A DNA stretch of 35,808 nt from Octopus bimaculoides (lineage: Eukaryota), in assembly GCF_001194135.2 (NCBI RefSeq), contig NC_068985.1, positions 14,991,269 through 15,027,076 of the forward strand. Direction: 5' to 3'. The position numbers were made by a program, and so were the translations under genes. Of this stretch, positions 33,879-35,808 are shown one piece after another (the first letter of the stretch is position 1; every line of letters begins with the position of its first letter). Under the pieces are notes generated by a model, which was not told where the DNA came from, made no database searches, and worked only from the letters and a program-made list of their open reading frames with translations.

Positions 33879-33951
33879 GTGTAATTAGCTCAGATGGTAG
33901 AGCGCTCACTTGGCATTCGAGGGGAACCGGGATCGATACCCGTATTCTCCA
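33879..33951 (+). pseudogene. tRNA-Ala pseudogene (anticodon mutated to GGC, stems disrupted)
   Basis: gtgtaattagctcagatggtagagcgctcacttggcattcgagg...gatcgatacccgtattctcca has acceptor and anticodon stem mismatches. Confidence 0.8.
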
Positions 33952-34153
33952 CGTGTTGTAAATTATTTGTTTTTTGTTTTAAAATTTTGTTATCATTCTA
34001 CTTATGCATATCATAGTTACGTCCTAAGAGGTTATACACATTCTTTTATGTCTNNNNNNNNNNNNNNNNNNNNNNNNNNNNNNNNNNNNNNNNNNNNNNN
34101 NNNNNNNNNNNNNNNNNNNNNNNNNNNNNNNNNNNNNNNNNNNNNNNNNNNNN

Positions 34154-34229
34154 ATAAGTACAAGGCGGTGCTCCAGTATGGCCGCATTCAAATAGCTGAA
34201 ATAACTAAAAGAATAAAAGAATAAAAGAA
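34154..34229 (+). mobile_element. SINE family A tail
   Basis: aggcggtgctccagtatggccgca...aaaagaataaaagaat. Confidence 0.8.
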
Positions 34230-34653
34230 AAGAATGCCAGTATTTCTCTTAACCTCATCTCTCACTCTTTCACTTTCTCTCTCTCTCTTACGCGACCTCT
34301 CTATTTCCGTCTTCCTCTTTCTCTACTCACTCTTGTCTATTCTCCATGCTGGGTAAATTTAGCTTTCACTCTCCCACTACCAACGTTCCTTTTACTCTAT
34401 CACCGCCTCATTTTAAACCCCGCCCATTCTACGCCTTTTCCTCGCATACTATTGGTCAATGATGTGTGGGTAGGTGGTAAAAATGGTCACCTGATCCCTC
34501 AATGGACTGCACATAAACTGAACGAGACAAGAAGTAAAGCCACACCATGGTCACTAAGTTTGCTAGAATTAGTAGCCAAATCTCCCTCAAATCACACCGT
34601 ATTGAAGTCGTAAAAGAAAAAAAGGGTAGGGGGCTACTTTTAATAATCCGTTC

Positions 34654-35480
34654 TACTCAAAGCAGAACGCCTGAGATTTTTGGGGTAGGGGTCCAATTGA
34701 ATGTATTGACCCCAAGGCTCAACTGGTACTTATTTTATCGACCCAGAAAGAACGAAATGTGAAGTTGACCTCGGTGGAATTTTAGCTCAGCACGTAAAGC
34801 CGGATGAAATGCTTAGCAGCGTCTATTCCGGCGTGATAACGATTCTTTTATACTTCTAGGGTCAAGGCCCGAAATTTTGGCGGAGGGGCCCAGTCGACTA
34901 GATCGACTCCAATACGCAACTGGTACTTAATTTATCGACCTCGACGGAATTTGAACTCAGAACGTAGCCGGACGAAATGCTTAGCAGCGTTTAGTCCGGC
35001 GTGCTAACGATTCTTTTATACTCTAGGATCAAGGCCCGAAATTTTGGCGGAGGGGCCTAGTCGATTAGATCGTCCCAAATACGCAGCTGGTACTTAATTT
35101 ATCGACCCTGAAAGAGAAAGTCGACCTCGGCGGAATTTGAATTCAGAACGTAGCCGGATAAAATGTTTAGCAGCGTTTAGTCCGGCTTGCTAACGATTCT
35201 TTTCTACTCTAGGTACAAGGCCCGAAATTTTGGGGCAACTGGTACTTAATTTTATCGACCCTGATAGGATGAAAGGTAAAGTCGACCTCGGCGGAATTTG
35301 AACACAGAACATAAAGACACGAAATACTGCTAAGCATTTCGCCCGGTGTGCTAATCCCTCTGGCAGCTCGCCGCCTTCAATGCTTTAATCATAGTTTCAA
35401 ATTCTGGCACAAGGCCAGGAATTTCAGGGGATGTGCTAAATCGATTACATTGACCCCTGTGCTCAGTCAGTACTTAATCC
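34654..35480 (-). mobile_element. Head-to-tail tandem array of SINE family B (four units plus a fragment)
   Basis: Units at 34654-34850, 34851-35018, 35019-35204 and 35205-35377; the first three end at the same point, aacgattctttt. Confidence 0.88.
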
Positions 35481-35504
35481 TGTAGCGTACATTTCCTTCT
35501 CTCG

Positions 35505-35808
35505 GGAATGAGAGAAAAATTAACAACCAAAATGGATAGACGAATGTTGAGTTGGTTTGGCCTCATGGAGAGGATGGATGAGGAGCAGATGGTAAGGAGG
35601 GTGATGAAGGTAGAAGAGGTAGGCAGCAGAACCAGAGGCAGACCTCGGTTTGTGTGGATGGATGGAGTGAGGAAAGCTTCGGTGGTCAGAGGTGTTGGAG
35701 TGAGAGAAGCAAGAGGGTTTATAGGTGACAGGAAAGCTTGGAGAGTGTTTGAGGATGGATTAGTGAATTTTGAAGTTGCGCAAAGGGGTACGGAACCAGC
35801 ATATGCTG
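35505..35808 (+). pseudogene. RTE-clade LINE ORF2 C-terminal fragment, open to the window edge
   Basis: GMREKLTTKMDRRMLSWFGLMERMDEEQMVRRVM...GSRTRGRPRFVWMDGVRK...DRKAWR. Confidence 0.85.

Overview
Repeat-saturated, AT-rich animal genomic DNA with 12 N-gaps. The SINE families, microsatellite load and gap pattern suggest a coleoid cephalopod, probably Octopus; this is an inference. No complete host protein-coding gene is visible, and nearly all ORFs in the track come from microsatellites, gaps or transposon remnants. Supportable content: more than 25 tRNA-derived SINE copies or fragments from at least 3-4 families, hAT-type MITEs with 8-bp TSDs, and LINE remnants (three RTE-like 3' fragments and one R4/Dong-like RT). 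There is also a 5'-truncated Penelope-like element (RT thumb plus GIY-YIG) and a small tRNA-Ala(AGC) tandem cluster with one intact and two decaying copies. The most notable signal is a set of minimal type-I hammerhead ribozyme motifs in three unrelated repeats. One is a fold-back element in which a Pol III tRNA-like head sits between two inverted hammerhead-bearing arms (6971-7386). One is a G3/C8-swapped core (17423-17457), and one is a degenerate motif downstream of the Penelope ORF (22439-22478). A few stop-free phase-1 candidate exons hint at a host gene but remain unverified.
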